Shown: in pieces, positions 12,345-25,300 of the stretch
Layout of the letters: each line of letters begins with the position of its first letter
Numbering within the stretch: the stretch's first letter is position 1
Position numbers and translations under genes: made by a program
Notes under the pieces: model-generated
What the model saw: only the letters and a program-made list of their open reading frames with translations
What the model was told of the DNA's origin: nothing
Database searches by the model: none
Source: Catajapyx aquilonaris
Lineage: Eukaryota
Assembly: GCA_000934665.2 (NCBI GenBank)
Contig: KZ538075.1
Span: 1 to 64,000 of the forward strand
Direction of reading: 5' to 3'
DNA: 64,000 bases

Positions 12345-14740
12345 CACCACAGCTCAGGCGATGATTAAATTTTGATGTTAAAAAGATCCCCATATAAAAG
12401 GCCTATCATGAGGTATTGTTGTATTATTAATATTCATACAACAAAAAGCCTTTCCTGTAGACGAGAAACCATCACAGCTCTCTGCTATATAGACCATCAA
12501 AAAAGTGGGTGGCCACATACTCTCCATTCCATAAGGCATCACATTTACAGTAGGTGTCACTCTAGCGAGAACTATATTACGACCCATCTTGAGGTAATGT
12601 CCTTAATGAGGATGTGGGTTTTCGTCAAACTTAGATTCATTAGCTAAAGTGTGTATGGAAAGGTAAGTTAGATTACATGTCTCGCTTCCAGCACCAAAGT
12701 GCAACGTGTGTTTTTGTCACGCCCCGTAACCACTTCCTCTTCCTCTCACTCGTTCGACTGAGCCCTTCACGTGTTTGAATAAGGAAGAAAAAATATCAAA
12801 CACCAACTATAAACATTCTCTGACTTGCGCCATTAAGTCCGCAAAATAAATTTCCTCCCCTGTTATAAGCGATTTTTTTTGGCTGCAATCAGGACTACAT
12901 TAGCTACTCTCAGCACAGGAATAAAAACCGCCGTCCTCATAAATCAATGGAAATAAGTGGAAGCGCTTGGCCAGAAGGAACGAGATTCCTTTCCTATGCA
13001 AGCTGAAAAAAGGTATATCTTGCCACCTTGAGCTGGATTAAATGTGCAGGCGAATAAATCGTACCGGACGTTTTTATCGCCAGGGAACAGGTAAGGTAAG
13101 AAGTGCAAGTTTTGCACTAGTGAAGAGCCTCGGAAACCATCAAGAGTTACTTACGTGTACATTTCCGCCCAGGAAGCTTCCCTTGTGCAATATTTCCCAA
13201 ACTCATCTCGATGGGGGCTCTCCGAGGGTTTGTCAAGATAATCTTCCAGAAATTTATATCGCGCAGAAGATGAAGCTCAATCTCTTGAATGTCAACTTGC
13301 AAAATAAGCTGGTTAGTTGATCCAAGGAGGGGGGCGAGGGGAAAGCCTGTTGCATTGATAAGGTTTTCTAGAATACCTACACGTACGAAGATCCGGAAAA
13401 CCTTTTTTTTTTCAACCTTATGAAAACGCATGTCTGCCCATACCATCAACCTTTTCCTACCTGAGAATCCGATTCAAATTCAGATCAGGAAGTGCACATG
13501 ATTCCAATGACCCTCCTCTTTGGTGGGTCATAGGTCAGACCCTGTCAGACCCACACCGTTCAAAAGCTGGGGAATACACGGAAAAAGAAAAGAATACCCC
13601 AGCCTCGACCCAAGACAGTGGTCGATTCCAACAGCAAAAAAAAAAGAGGGTCGCTAGATAAAAGAGCACGAAGGAGGGAGAGTGGACGTTGGGCTCTTCT
13701 TGGCCTTACAAAAAAGTAAGTCTATCCCAGCACCTTGCAACCATTGGTTCCACGTAAAAAATGGTAGGCCCTCTTTTTTACATCAGGTCAGCGCGTGGAG
13801 ACCCCGCAGAATTGTTGGCGGAAGGCACCCCAATTTTTTTCCGTTTCTTTTCTTTGAGCCTGACCAACCATCAGGGCTAATGAAAGCTTACATTGGATGT
13901 GGGTTGGGAGACCCTGGCACGATACAAAAGTGGGCAAGGTAGGCATGCAAGCGGTTATAAGGAATGATTTAAGGGCCTCCAGGTAGAGGAACAGCTATAG
14001 GACAACGTACCACAGGTTGTCCAGGGTCTACACGTTCTACAACTTGACTCTTCCGACCAGTTATAAACAATGTAACATTATAGAGTTTCTCCAAATAAAA
14101 AAACATATAAAACGACAGCAGGTTTATGATTCGTGAATTGACACTACAAATTATTTCGCCACTATTACGTTATGCCAATAACGTACCGGTACCTATAACA
14201 GCTAGGAACACAGGTTCGCGTTAGCGTTGTCGGGACTCGTAAGCAACATGATCTCTACAAAGGGTCAGCCGGTCACCGAATAGGACGGAAGCACCATCAA
14301 ACCGTCTTTTAAAAAAAAGTGGAGAATTTTTTAAATAAAAAACGCTCCCCTCCGTCTCGGATGGTCCTAATGCGAAGGACCCTGAGGTCTTTGAATAGCA
14401 ACCAAGGGGGGTGGTGGGACAACAACAAAAAAGAGAGTGAGAAATGCCTGCCCTTTCTCTCCAACCTGGTCCCTCGTGGTCCCTCTGGCCTTCAATCACC
14501 TTGCCCATGCATTGCACCACCTTCAGGCTCACCTGTAGGAATCGCATTTGCATCTGGGGTCAGAGGGACGGGGCATAAAAATGGTCGCATCTCTTTGTAC
14601 ACAGACACATAATGCTATCAGAGACATTTCACCAGGAGAGAAGCAAAAAAAAAAAAAAATCTGCCACACTAATCCTCCTATTGTGCATGGTAGTTGTGAG
14701 AAAAATGTCTCTTACCTGCACAATTGCCCCTGCCCATAAT

Positions 14741-14859
14741 CACAGGGTGGTCATCAAGTAATAAAAAGGTTTTAAATTTGGCGTTATATCTCCGAAGCTA
14801 TATAAGAATAAATTGTGTCAAATTAAACAATGTGTCATTTGGAGCTGGGCACCCTAGTA
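14741..14859. mobile_element. Possible degenerate mariner-type MITE
   Basis: An AT-rich insert bounded by CACAGGGTGGTC (left) and GGGCACCCTAGTA (right), imperfect versions of the TACAGGGTG...CACCCTGTA termini. The TIR match is short. Confidence 0.3.
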
Positions 14860-17800
14860 CATAATTTGAGCCGCAATTCCGCATGGTGTAATGCACCCTC
14901 GTTACCCCTGGCCGGGTATCTGTAATCTTTGTGTGCAGTATATTCAGCTGATATCCTGACATACAGAGCGTGCTGCGTACGTATAACTTTTGACGAGGTG
15001 GATTTTGTGGGTAACAAAGACAGAGACATAGCGGGAATAAGCACCCTGATCCCGACAGTTTGTTGGAGAGGCATCGACCTGGAGGCTTGATTGGGAGTAT
15101 TCAAACTCTTGATTCCACATTACGTGACATATGAGAGAGGAGGGGGTTGGGTATGGGGTAGGGGGGGGGGGGCATACTGCATCAGCAGAGCAAGCAGGCG
15201 GGGATGAGATAACTCTGCGAATGGGAAGTGAGCACTTTCCTTCACGGTAGGGTGTACCAGTAATCCAGCCGCTCCATTCGATCATAAAGCGGTGTCAAAG
15301 TAATGCAAGTGTCTGTGGCCTCATTGAAATCCGGTCGGGACCCCGGAATACTAAAAACGGGGAGGGTGTGTCATTTTCATTCAGGGGCTTGAGTGGGGCC
15401 TTCACACTCGCCTGCATTTCCACGTCGGCTCCTGGCGACACAGGAAAAGTTCGGTGCGCCTTGGCGAACAAAAATGCAAAATGCATACATACGTGCAAAA
15501 TAAAGTGCGAAATGAAATCATTTGCACGAGACATTGCACAGGGGAAGGCATATAAAATGCATTGGTGCGTCAAGCGATGGTTGGACAGCGTGCGCCGTGC
15601 CAAAAGCACACTTTGAATTTTGGACAAGGGGAAGTGGATCCGCTGATGCTACTGACTACTGGGCTTGTTATAAGCACATGAATCCATCATGTGGAAAACT
15701 GCATAATTGATATTGTACAAAGTGTCTGCATGAAGGATGGCACGAAATTGGTCCAATGCTATTCAGGGAGATGTGCGTGGTCGCCGCTGGATTTTCGGGC
15801 TGGGCGGGGGGCATATGAGAGGAGGATGAGGAGGAGGAGGGTCTCCCCCCCCCCNAAAAAGCGCATTGTGCTCTGGATACTAGTGTTCTCTTTGATAAGT
15901 ACTGCCCAGTTGGGCCAACTCGATTGTAGATGCTGATTTATCCGCGACCAGCCACGCTTACTATACGCTTATCCACGCACTTTATGCCCGTTTTTTTTTT
16001 TGCCAAGCCCACACTGCTCACGGTCAATTAACTTTACACCGCTTTAGATCACACATTAGGAAGCAGTGTATATTATTGGAATTCTTTTCCTCCATAACAA
16101 GCTTACTGCCAAAACGTGGCCTGGTGGAAAAAGAGAGAGCTTATCAACCCCAAAACCACAAATGACCGGTGCTCTTTAGCGGAATGGGCCGCAGTTTGGT
16201 AGCGGCTAACATGAATGGCCCTCAAGTGTCCCTCCCAAACTGCAGTGGGAAGTGGGCAGAGAAGGGCAGCAGAGAAAATGATGGGAAAGACAGGGAATGG
16301 GTGTGATGGAGGGAAAGATGGCTGGCAGCCAACTCCACTTGGATCTCTAACCGTATGTCTCTTTTTGAAGCGGTTATCATGTGCTTGCATGACACTTCAA
16401 TTTAAGCCGTGGAATTAAACAGCTGGAATAACGTTTGTTGAGTTGAAAACTGACCCTCACAGTACATGTGCAGAGTACAAAAGAAGCTGGTCACACAACC
16501 ACGTCCAATGCTAGACCTTTTGCGGCAGTCGAGGTTAGGTTTTTCCTGACTTTTTTTTTTAAATTTATTTTTTTCCCTCGCCACCCCCCGAGCCCAAAAA
16601 GCTCCCTTGAACCTCTATTTGAATGATAAAAAAGTACTTGTGATTCATATTCTGAAGGTTATGAATGCATGAGAGCGGCCCCGCGGACAACTGCTATTGA
16701 CAGTTTTGCTTTAGTCGCCACTCCACTCCATAAATCCCTGGCGCAATCTTGGAGAGGTCCACAAATTCATTTTAATCCACAATAGCCTTATACTTGTTTC
16801 AGAAATTGTGGTGCCAAAAGTTTCAACTCGAAGGCTGTAGGAAATCTTAATACACTGTTGCAGATAAGAGGCCAAAACTGACACAAGTGTCAGGTCCAAG
16901 CTGAAACCTCCGAAAATCCCCCTCTCCTTGCAGCAGGCGAAAGTTTGGAGCAAGAACTTTGAAGCTCTTTGTCCCTAAGATCTCGAGTAAGAGTTCTACT
17001 GAGCTCCCCCCCCCCCCTCCTAAAATCCTGGCAGGAAATCAGTGCATAACAAGGCAGTCGGATATTGTCCAGGGCTGGGAGAAGGGGGGGCTGTCGACTA
17101 TTTGACGTGGTGCACTCGGCCCGAGTGGACGTCCAGGGAAGTTAAACAAAGCATGAATATGACACAACCATTAATCTTCCCCCTGGAAGATGACAGACGA
17201 CATGTCACGCCGGTCCCGCTCCATTAAAATAACTCTCCGGGAAAACAGCTCACTGACCACAGGGTGGGGGATGGAGAGGAAAGAGGGGATCAAAATTCCC
17301 TGTTTTTTTTTCTTCGAACCAGAGTGGAAAGCATCTTTGTGTAATTATAGGTCCGAGTTTTTTTTATTGGCAGGGCTATACAGGATGGCGACACTAAAAA
17401 GTGCGGACAAATTAATGAATTTCCAGAGAGCCAGTGTTGAGCATGTAGATAAATCTTCTGTGTACTAACTACTAAGAGTCTCATGCAAGTTAGTCATTAG
17501 CCTACCCTCCCCCCCTTGAGTGGCGAGCGAAAGCAGAATGTCTAGTCGACCTTGCCTCCTTAGCTGTAATTCTGCGCAGTTACCGTCCATTTTCTAAATA
17601 TATTATGCACTTGCCAGCTGCAATATTCAACCCTGGTCATACCCAAGTCCTCTCAGCCGCTAGCAGTTTGCCTCTTAGATTTAGTCCTAAACTGATGCGT
17701 TCCCTCGGAGGATACACATCTTTGTTATGCGCTAACTAACTACGTGATACCGATACAGTTTTATTACTGGTCGTAACATGTGCCATTTGTGTACATTATT

Positions 17801-19945
17801 GAAGCTGTGGCCATCTGCGCGCGTACTGCACCGCACTCCACTTCTCAGAAGTTTACAAAGCGTAATAACCTCTACAGCAGATGAAGTATGACTCAATGGC
17901 CAGCTGCATAATAGTAGCCGCAATAATGGACTTCTGCATATGGAAATGCGAATGTGGCAAAAACGGTATAGGTTCAATGCTCTTCAGGTTATGGGCACAA
18001 AGTATCACAAAGCCTACAGTATCACTTGTAAATGACACACCATTAATTTTGCTACGAGACTGACACCACGCCCTACTCTAGTTAGCCTATGCAGCTTTTA
18101 ATATGGCACAACTCACCCTAGTACAATTACCAGTGACTTGCACTTACACATGCCCACGCTTAAAACATTGCGCTACAAAAATGGGGCAGGTTCACATGAC
18201 TCTACATGCGCAACATCAGTAGGAAGAATATCAAATAAAATATTTACCATTTCTTCGCATAAATCAGGCATATTTTACTACACTCACAACGTTCAATGTT
18301 CGAATACAATTCTCAATTATGATTTTCCAATTTAACGTCACATTAGTCGCCCCATGTCCAAGTCCCCGATTGTCACGCTGGCGTCCCTCATGGACTACAG
18401 ATGTTTGTCCTTTTGGCATACCGGTAGTCTAACAACAAAGTATACAGAAAATGAGACAAAATATTTCACATACAAATGGTAGCCTGTTTCCCATGATGAC
18501 TCAGCTGATGGGTGTTTTCCAAAAAATATCGCCACCCCACACAAATAATTAGCCTTCTGAAGGACGTGATGAATGAACCTACTCCAACAATTTCCAAAAG
18601 AAACCCATCTAATGAGACTTCCGGCATTGTCATCGTTTCCTTTGTCCATCTCTTTTTTTCCACCATATCCGTAATTGCCCATTGGCAGACGGTCTGATTT
18701 TAACACCTTTTTATATCTCCCTCCGCCGTCCCCTCAGATACCTGCTGGTCCTTTCCTTTCCTCCTATTGTCCAAAATTTTTCCTCCCCAATGGCCCCCCG
18801 ACCTTGCCTTTAATCGCCACAGCCCAAGCATCTGGCATCAGAACGCAACTTTCCATTTCCACCTCCCCCTTGCATTGTCCCTGGGAAAAAAAATGTGGAG
18901 TGGTAACAATTACCACCGCCTCTGCGGCACTGCCCATGAAATTTGACCCATATTTGGACTGTTGGTCCCCAAGAGGTTTCCCTGGACGCGGAGGAACAAG
19001 AGGGCGTCCTTTGTCCTTCCCCATCCAAAAAACGAGCTGACTAATGCGTATCAGATTGCGTACAACTACACTACCCATTTTGGGTCAAACAAGTTGCTCT
19101 TCATACCCGGTGACTACTACTTTGTCAATGAAAATGTTCCATATTCATGAGCTGTAGCGTAACGTAACGTAGGCGTAATTCACGCTCTTGTCATTATTGC
19201 GGTGTCGTAACACCTTTCATATTAAGTTTGCATGAGAAGTGGGCTGAAATCTTAAGCTACATCCAATACAGTTGACTGTTAACCAATTTAAAACACCTGG
19301 ACACTGAAACAGGTTAATCAATTAAATGCAATATGTATGTCCCAAAGAATATTGTCTTCCCTAAAGAAAGCTTAGCCGTTAAGGAATTCAGATAGCCAAT
19401 ATTGAGGTGTTCAAAACAGGCTTGAGGCTCGGCATATATGCACCGTCCCTTATGCAGCTTATTAATGAGTAGCTAAGTGCTGGCCGGCACTTTACTACAA
19501 GTCCAACTTCCGTAATGGCCATCGTCCCGCTTTGCCGAGCTCTGCTGGAACACTTAGCTCTTCCTTCCTTTTAGGCGCGGACAACCCTGTAGTATTAATA
19601 TGCCATCAGGGTCCCTCCCTCACCGTCATATTTCTCTCAGCTCAGGTGTCGCACCGAGATTTTTTTTCTTCCTCGAGCAAGGAAACCCCACTTCTATTGA
19701 AACAGGTTTATGGCCCTAATTAAATTATATAGTCCCTTCTCAGTTGTGAATGTTCCACTGCCTAACCGCCTTGTGGATGGGTCGATTAGAATAATGGGCA
19801 AGGCTCGTGTTGATGTGGGCGTATATAAGGGTGGGGGAAACCCTATGCTTACAGGAGCCGTCACAAATAGAAACAATAACAACAACAATTCTAATATTAA
19901 TAATTTACTGAAAGATCTTAGTGGACCGTCATATTAAATTTAAAT

Positions 19946-20938
19946 ATTGGAGGTCTTTATCATATGTCGAGCCACTACCGATTAGTGTTAATAGGGCCTA
20001 GTAGTAAGAAAGTATGCCGAAGAATTGTAAAAACCAGTTTCACACTAAACCTTGGGTTAAGGTACATTTATTATATTAATAGGCCACATTTTATGCTATT
20101 ATTTTTGTAAATAACTCGAGTCTCATCGCTGCTACTTGTTCCGTAAGGCAATGCCGTGATGATGATAAGGACAATGATTTACTCTATTTGGTATTTGCAT
20201 AGGTTACAATCCTACAGCATTAATTCGAAGTAACTCAATTTCCCAAAAGTGCGCACACCAGGCTATCAAAGCGAACCCTATGACTAGTGACCCATGAAAG
20301 GGTTCTGTATCTATGACTGTGGAAGCCGGTTTTACCGGTAATAATTATTATTATTACAAAATATACATTATAACGATAATGATTATAATAATAAAGACGA
20401 TAAACTGCCCAACTTATGTTATAGTAAGTTACCTATAGCGAGCTGTTAATAGTTAAAGCGGTGACAACAAAATGCTGAGGCAATGTTGCGCAGTTTATCG
20501 TCGTTATTATTATTATCATCATTATAATATTATTATAATTATAATTTATATTTTGTAGTAATTATTATTGACTGTTCGCTCTAGCCATACTACAGAACCC
20601 TTTCATGGGTCACTAGTCATAGGGTTCGCTTTGATAGTCTCGTGTGCGGCACTTTTGGGAAATTGCGTCACTTTGAATTAATGCTGTAGGATTGTAACCT
20701 ATGCAAATACCAAATAGGGTAAATCGTCATCCTTATCATCATCACGGAGTAGCAGCAATGAGACTCGAGTTATTTACAAAAATAATTAGCCTAAAATGTG
20801 ACCTATTAATATAATAAATGTACCTTAACCCAAGGTTTACTGTGAACGGGTTTTTACATTTCTTCGGCATACTTTCTTACTACTAGGCCCTATTAACGCT
20901 AATCGGTAGTGGCTCGAAATATGATAAAGGCCCCCAAT
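19946..20938. mobile_element. ~1 kb foldback/palindromic element (long inverted repeat)
   Basis: 19946-20309 is the reverse complement of 20591-20938 (about 20 substitutions, a few 1-nt indels and one 17-nt indel by manual alignment). Inner AT-rich arms 20339-20413 and 20485-20569 also pair, leaving a ~70 nt central spacer. No ORF and no unambiguous TSD. The inverted repeat itself is certain; transposon origin is inferred. Confidence 0.9.
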
Positions 20939-22164
20939 TTTTGACCAGCAGTTGATAAGCGGAGTTCAACAACTCTGGAGAAAAATAATTTCACATCGAA
21001 AAATTAATGACTCACATAATAAGTTACTGTAAAAAAGGAATATCAGTGCAATAATTGGTTTTCATGTTCTTACTCTACAAAAAAATGTTCCCTATTTGTT
21101 GCACCTGAGTTAGAGCATAAACGAGGTATAAGACTTGCCTATTGTGTGACCCGTGATGTGTTTCAAATTTTCATATTGGCCCACAACTACCAAAAGTACC
21201 CCTGGGTTACAGTATTACTATACTCCTTTCATCACGTGATCCTGGGAGACCGCGAAGGTTGGCAGAAGCTCCTACCAAGCTGGCTTCATTTTTATAATCA
21301 TATGATAAGAGCAGTTATACAGTATATTAACTCTTCATGAAGTAATGAGACGGTATCTGCCGCAAAAAAAACTCTTGAATGTACGAAGACAACTAAGTAA
21401 TTGTTCCCGGTAGGGATTATTTTCCTACATTTATGTAACATTTAACGGAAATACTCCATAGATAGATAGACATAATTATGAAATGCATAAAAACTGTAGT
21501 CAAACTGTTTTTGAAAAGCATATCAGTTGGGGGTTTCACCATTAGGCCACAATATTTAGAAGTTGCCCTTTTTCTACACAGTGTTAATTTAATAATGCCG
21601 AGATATGACTTTCGAGCCCTGATCTCATCATCATTATCATCATCATCAAAGTGGTCAACGCGGGACTGCTTGAATTCCCAGACATAGGCTAATCTTCTTC
21701 CTTCTCACCACTGTATAATGTGAGGCAGAATATTACAGTTTTCATGTAACGAAGCAAACAAATCAAGAAAGGGCACTCAAATGGGTATAAAACACCAGCT
21801 TTTGCCTAATATGTCCCTCAATATAGTGGTAACCTATACAGTATAGTCTATAGTCAATATAGTGCATGGATTTTACACTATTATTTTAATCAGCTTACTG
21901 AGTAGTGAGATGTCACAACTTGTCTGCAATTTACTACTTTTCTTACCAGCAGTAATTTTATTTCCATCAGCCAAATTCGAAATATTGCGTTAGGAACGTT
22001 ATAATATTAGCCTATTATTAAATTAAACTCCAATTTGTAAAAAAAATACAATCGCCAACTAATTGAATCAACACGCGGTCAACGTGATCAACAGGCAGTG
22101 GAAATTTCCGGCCCAATTTTGGCATTCATTATTGCTCAGTCACACACTGGTAAAATATATTGTA

Positions 22165-22338
22165 TTTCCAATACTTGGCCAAATATACAGTAGAGCCTAT
22201 CGTTATGTACAAAGCACAATGAATAGTGGTCAAAGCCCCAAAAATGATAAAACTATATGTATAACACCAGATCTCTCCGACGAATTAAAAAGTCAATCGA
22301 GTTGTTATGAAGATATCAATGCTGTGCTCAAATCATTA
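22165..22338 (+). mobile_element. Probable relic of L1/Tx1-type ORF1p C-terminal region
   Basis: PILGQ...SGQSPKNDKTICITPDLSDELKSQSSCYEDINAVLKSL follows the register of the L1 ORF1p (Transposase_22-like) pattern G....N.K.I.I.PDLS.EL......F.D....L.SL as recalled. It ends in a stop with no ORF2 downstream. Confidence 0.4.
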
Positions 22339-25300
22339 TAGACGTGCTTTAGACATTGCAGACGATATACACTCTCCAACTGGAGAATCTGTCAAATGGG
22401 GACCATATGGACTTCAGATAGGCTAACAGGCACCAAATCAATCATCTTCTAAAAACACCATTAGAATTCAGTCAATCATTAATAGACCATATACCTAGTG
22501 TACACACAGTCCTCCTCGTAACGTGCATGGGTGTGTATCATGTTAATTGGATTAATCCAAAATACGAAACACCAACATCCATGCGTCCTACGCAGGCACA
22601 TCAAGAGGTTCAGCACATCCGACGTACTGTATACGCATTGTTGCATAATAAAACCAACACTCTTTGTACATGTCACACATACAAACTAAACAAACAGATA
22701 CCGGTATGTATACTCTTAGCACAAAAATAATGTAAGGTAACAAGCTGCAAGACTTGTCAAAAAAAAAAAACTCGGAACGAGCCAAAATCAAACAACTGCA
22801 TTACCTGCCAGCTCTCGACTTGATCCAACTCGAAAAGCAAAACTTGTTTGGTCAAAATAGAAAGAAAATGCGACAATAAACACAAATCTATAGACACAAG
22901 ACTCTTGAGCATATCGAGAACCATCACGTTAAATTGACTTACCTCGCACCATTATATAGGGATAACCCCAGGACTATACTGTATTAGCAATAGTATATCC
23001 AGTAGGCTTATACTGTATAGATGCAGTACTGTACTGTACAGCAGGCTACCATTAACCCCTTCGGATGCAGCCGATAGGATAGTTAACTTATAGTTTAGCA
23101 CATACGACTTGAGATAAACGTGTTAGTTAACATTACTCTTTTCAGGCTTGGAGTAAAGTAATTTCAAGCACCTTTCCTGGTAAATCAGATAAATCTAACC
23201 ACTCAGTTCCAATTATTCAGATAGTATATGGCTAGCATATGTCAAGTGAGTGAACTCCTCGGGGAGACATAACGGTGACCCCCAGATTTGGTAGGAATAA
23301 AAAAGCAGGAAATCCCTAATGTTATTTTTTCATGGAAGGACCTATGGAAGTAGCCCATATATTTTCCAGGAGGGAGGGGTAGGAAAAAAGGGCGTTGTGG
23401 TGGCAACCGCAGTTGTTCCGACATGAAGTAAAATAGCAAAAGCCACCGGGGGGCCTCGGATAATGAGTCCAATCCGTAATGAGAAGGGAGAAGGAAGGTG
23501 GTCTGTGGTGAGCAGGGGGGAAGGGTGTAAAAAAAAGGTGGGCAGGACGAAGAAGTGCAAAACGTAATTTGTGTGCAGCGTCGAGTACACGGCAGTGCTA
23601 TCTTTCATTTTCTCCGGGACGCTATTCTTCCCTTGCCACTCTCATTATACCTACCTGAAGGGTCGCAAGGCACACAGAAATTGCCTCCAGAACACCAAGG
23701 GTGCCCGTAAGCCTCTTTCATTTTGGGTGGGCCAAAAACCCAAGTGCCCATTTCGTCCTGTTCCGATGGGAGGTGGTGCAAAAGGCCAAAGGTTTTGCAA
23801 ATATAACGAACCACCAAATAGTCTCTGGTGCCCCACAATCTTGGGAAAGTACAAGTGAAACATGTCTCTGGGAATCATCAAGTGAGCTTCATTTGCTAAC
23901 TGGGAGAGACAACCACTCTTTTCTTCCAAGTGTCTCTCGAAAGCTTTGTTTCCACTTGGTAATATAATATCATCCACTTTTAGACTGTAATGCTTGTGGG
24001 CACTATTTTAATCCTCTCTAGTCCCAACGTAGTACGTGTAAAGTGATTACAATTCTTGCAATTTCATAACGCGGTGCACATTACACTTTAAGCCTCCATA
24101 CACTTCATTATTGACGCCGAGCTCGTCCTGTGGGCAGTAATTTTACAGTCGGCTGCTGGCCCAAGTCCTGCGAACATTATGGCGACTAATTCTTCATAAA
24201 TGACTGCAATTTGGGAGAAATTTACTTGTAAAGATTAATCCTGTTGCAATATCCCATAGTACACCATGTACCGCAGGACATAAAAATTTATAACCTACTA
24301 TTGGCGTAATTGATGCAGTTTATAATGAAGCAGCACGATTTATCCAGGGCCGGAACCGCAGACAAGCGGCTTTTTCTATAACGGCTTACATTTTTAGTAC
24401 GGGTCACATTGCATATTAAATGACTCGTAGGACTATTTCGGCCCTGGCCTATGCCCATCTTTGCTTCCTAATTATGCCGAAATGTGATCTCCTGTAAATT
24501 ACCTGTTTCGGTAGGAAAATTGGTCTACAATAGAGTAATTACCCTCAAACAGGAGCAATGGCACGAAGAGTAATATTTTGGATACAGGATCGAGAGGGGT
24601 GGATGGCTCTAATGAGTTGCCGCCGTGTAACTGATGATTTGGGGGGGGGTCCTCCCCCACCCGGGCTTTTTATTTATAAGCTTGTCCCGGATCAACTTTC
24701 TGCGGAACGGAATCCTCTCTGGTGCAATGGACATTGAGAGAGCTGCTCGTGACACTTTGCACTGTCGCTTCAACGACCACGAAACGGGGATTGCGCTGGA
24801 CAGAAATCTGATATTGAAAATTAATTTTACGTGTTACCCTGGTCGCAGACTCCTTTACGCCACCGACAAGTTTTATCCCAAAATTATCAACCAGGCGTGA
24901 TTCGATCGATCCGTCTAAATGCCAATCTCCATGTGATTCCTTTGCAGGAGGACAGAAAGAAAAGTAAAAAAAAAGTCTTAATCTTCTGCCAGCATTTGCA
25001 ATGAGATTTAACGAATGAATTGGGAACCACCACTCATGAACTAATCACCTTCGTGCTCCGCCGTAACTCTCTGAATTTATAAATTGCCAAACCTGCCGTC
25101 ATCAGCTGCAATAGAAAGTCTTTGATTGGAATCTGGATAACGGGGCGGTACTTTCAATATCGTTATTTTAGGTTTCACCCCCACCACCAAACCAATTTGG
25201 GCTTCAAAGCAGCAAAATATCACGGGCTCTAATCAGCATGGAAGAGGATGCCATAATCCTATAAGGCTTTAGCTCTAGCAGGCAGCAGGTTACATGCATC

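Noticed and set aside
12658..12668. Consensus splice donor AAG|GTAAGT (other donors near 4482, 13088, 44401)
   Set aside because: Such motifs occur by chance at this frequency and no coherent exon could be built; RNA-seq would be needed.
21146..21340. YPWV resembling the Hox YPWM hexapeptide
   Set aside because: Lies in AT-rich sequence, and no homeobox (WFQNRR) exon was seen on either strand.
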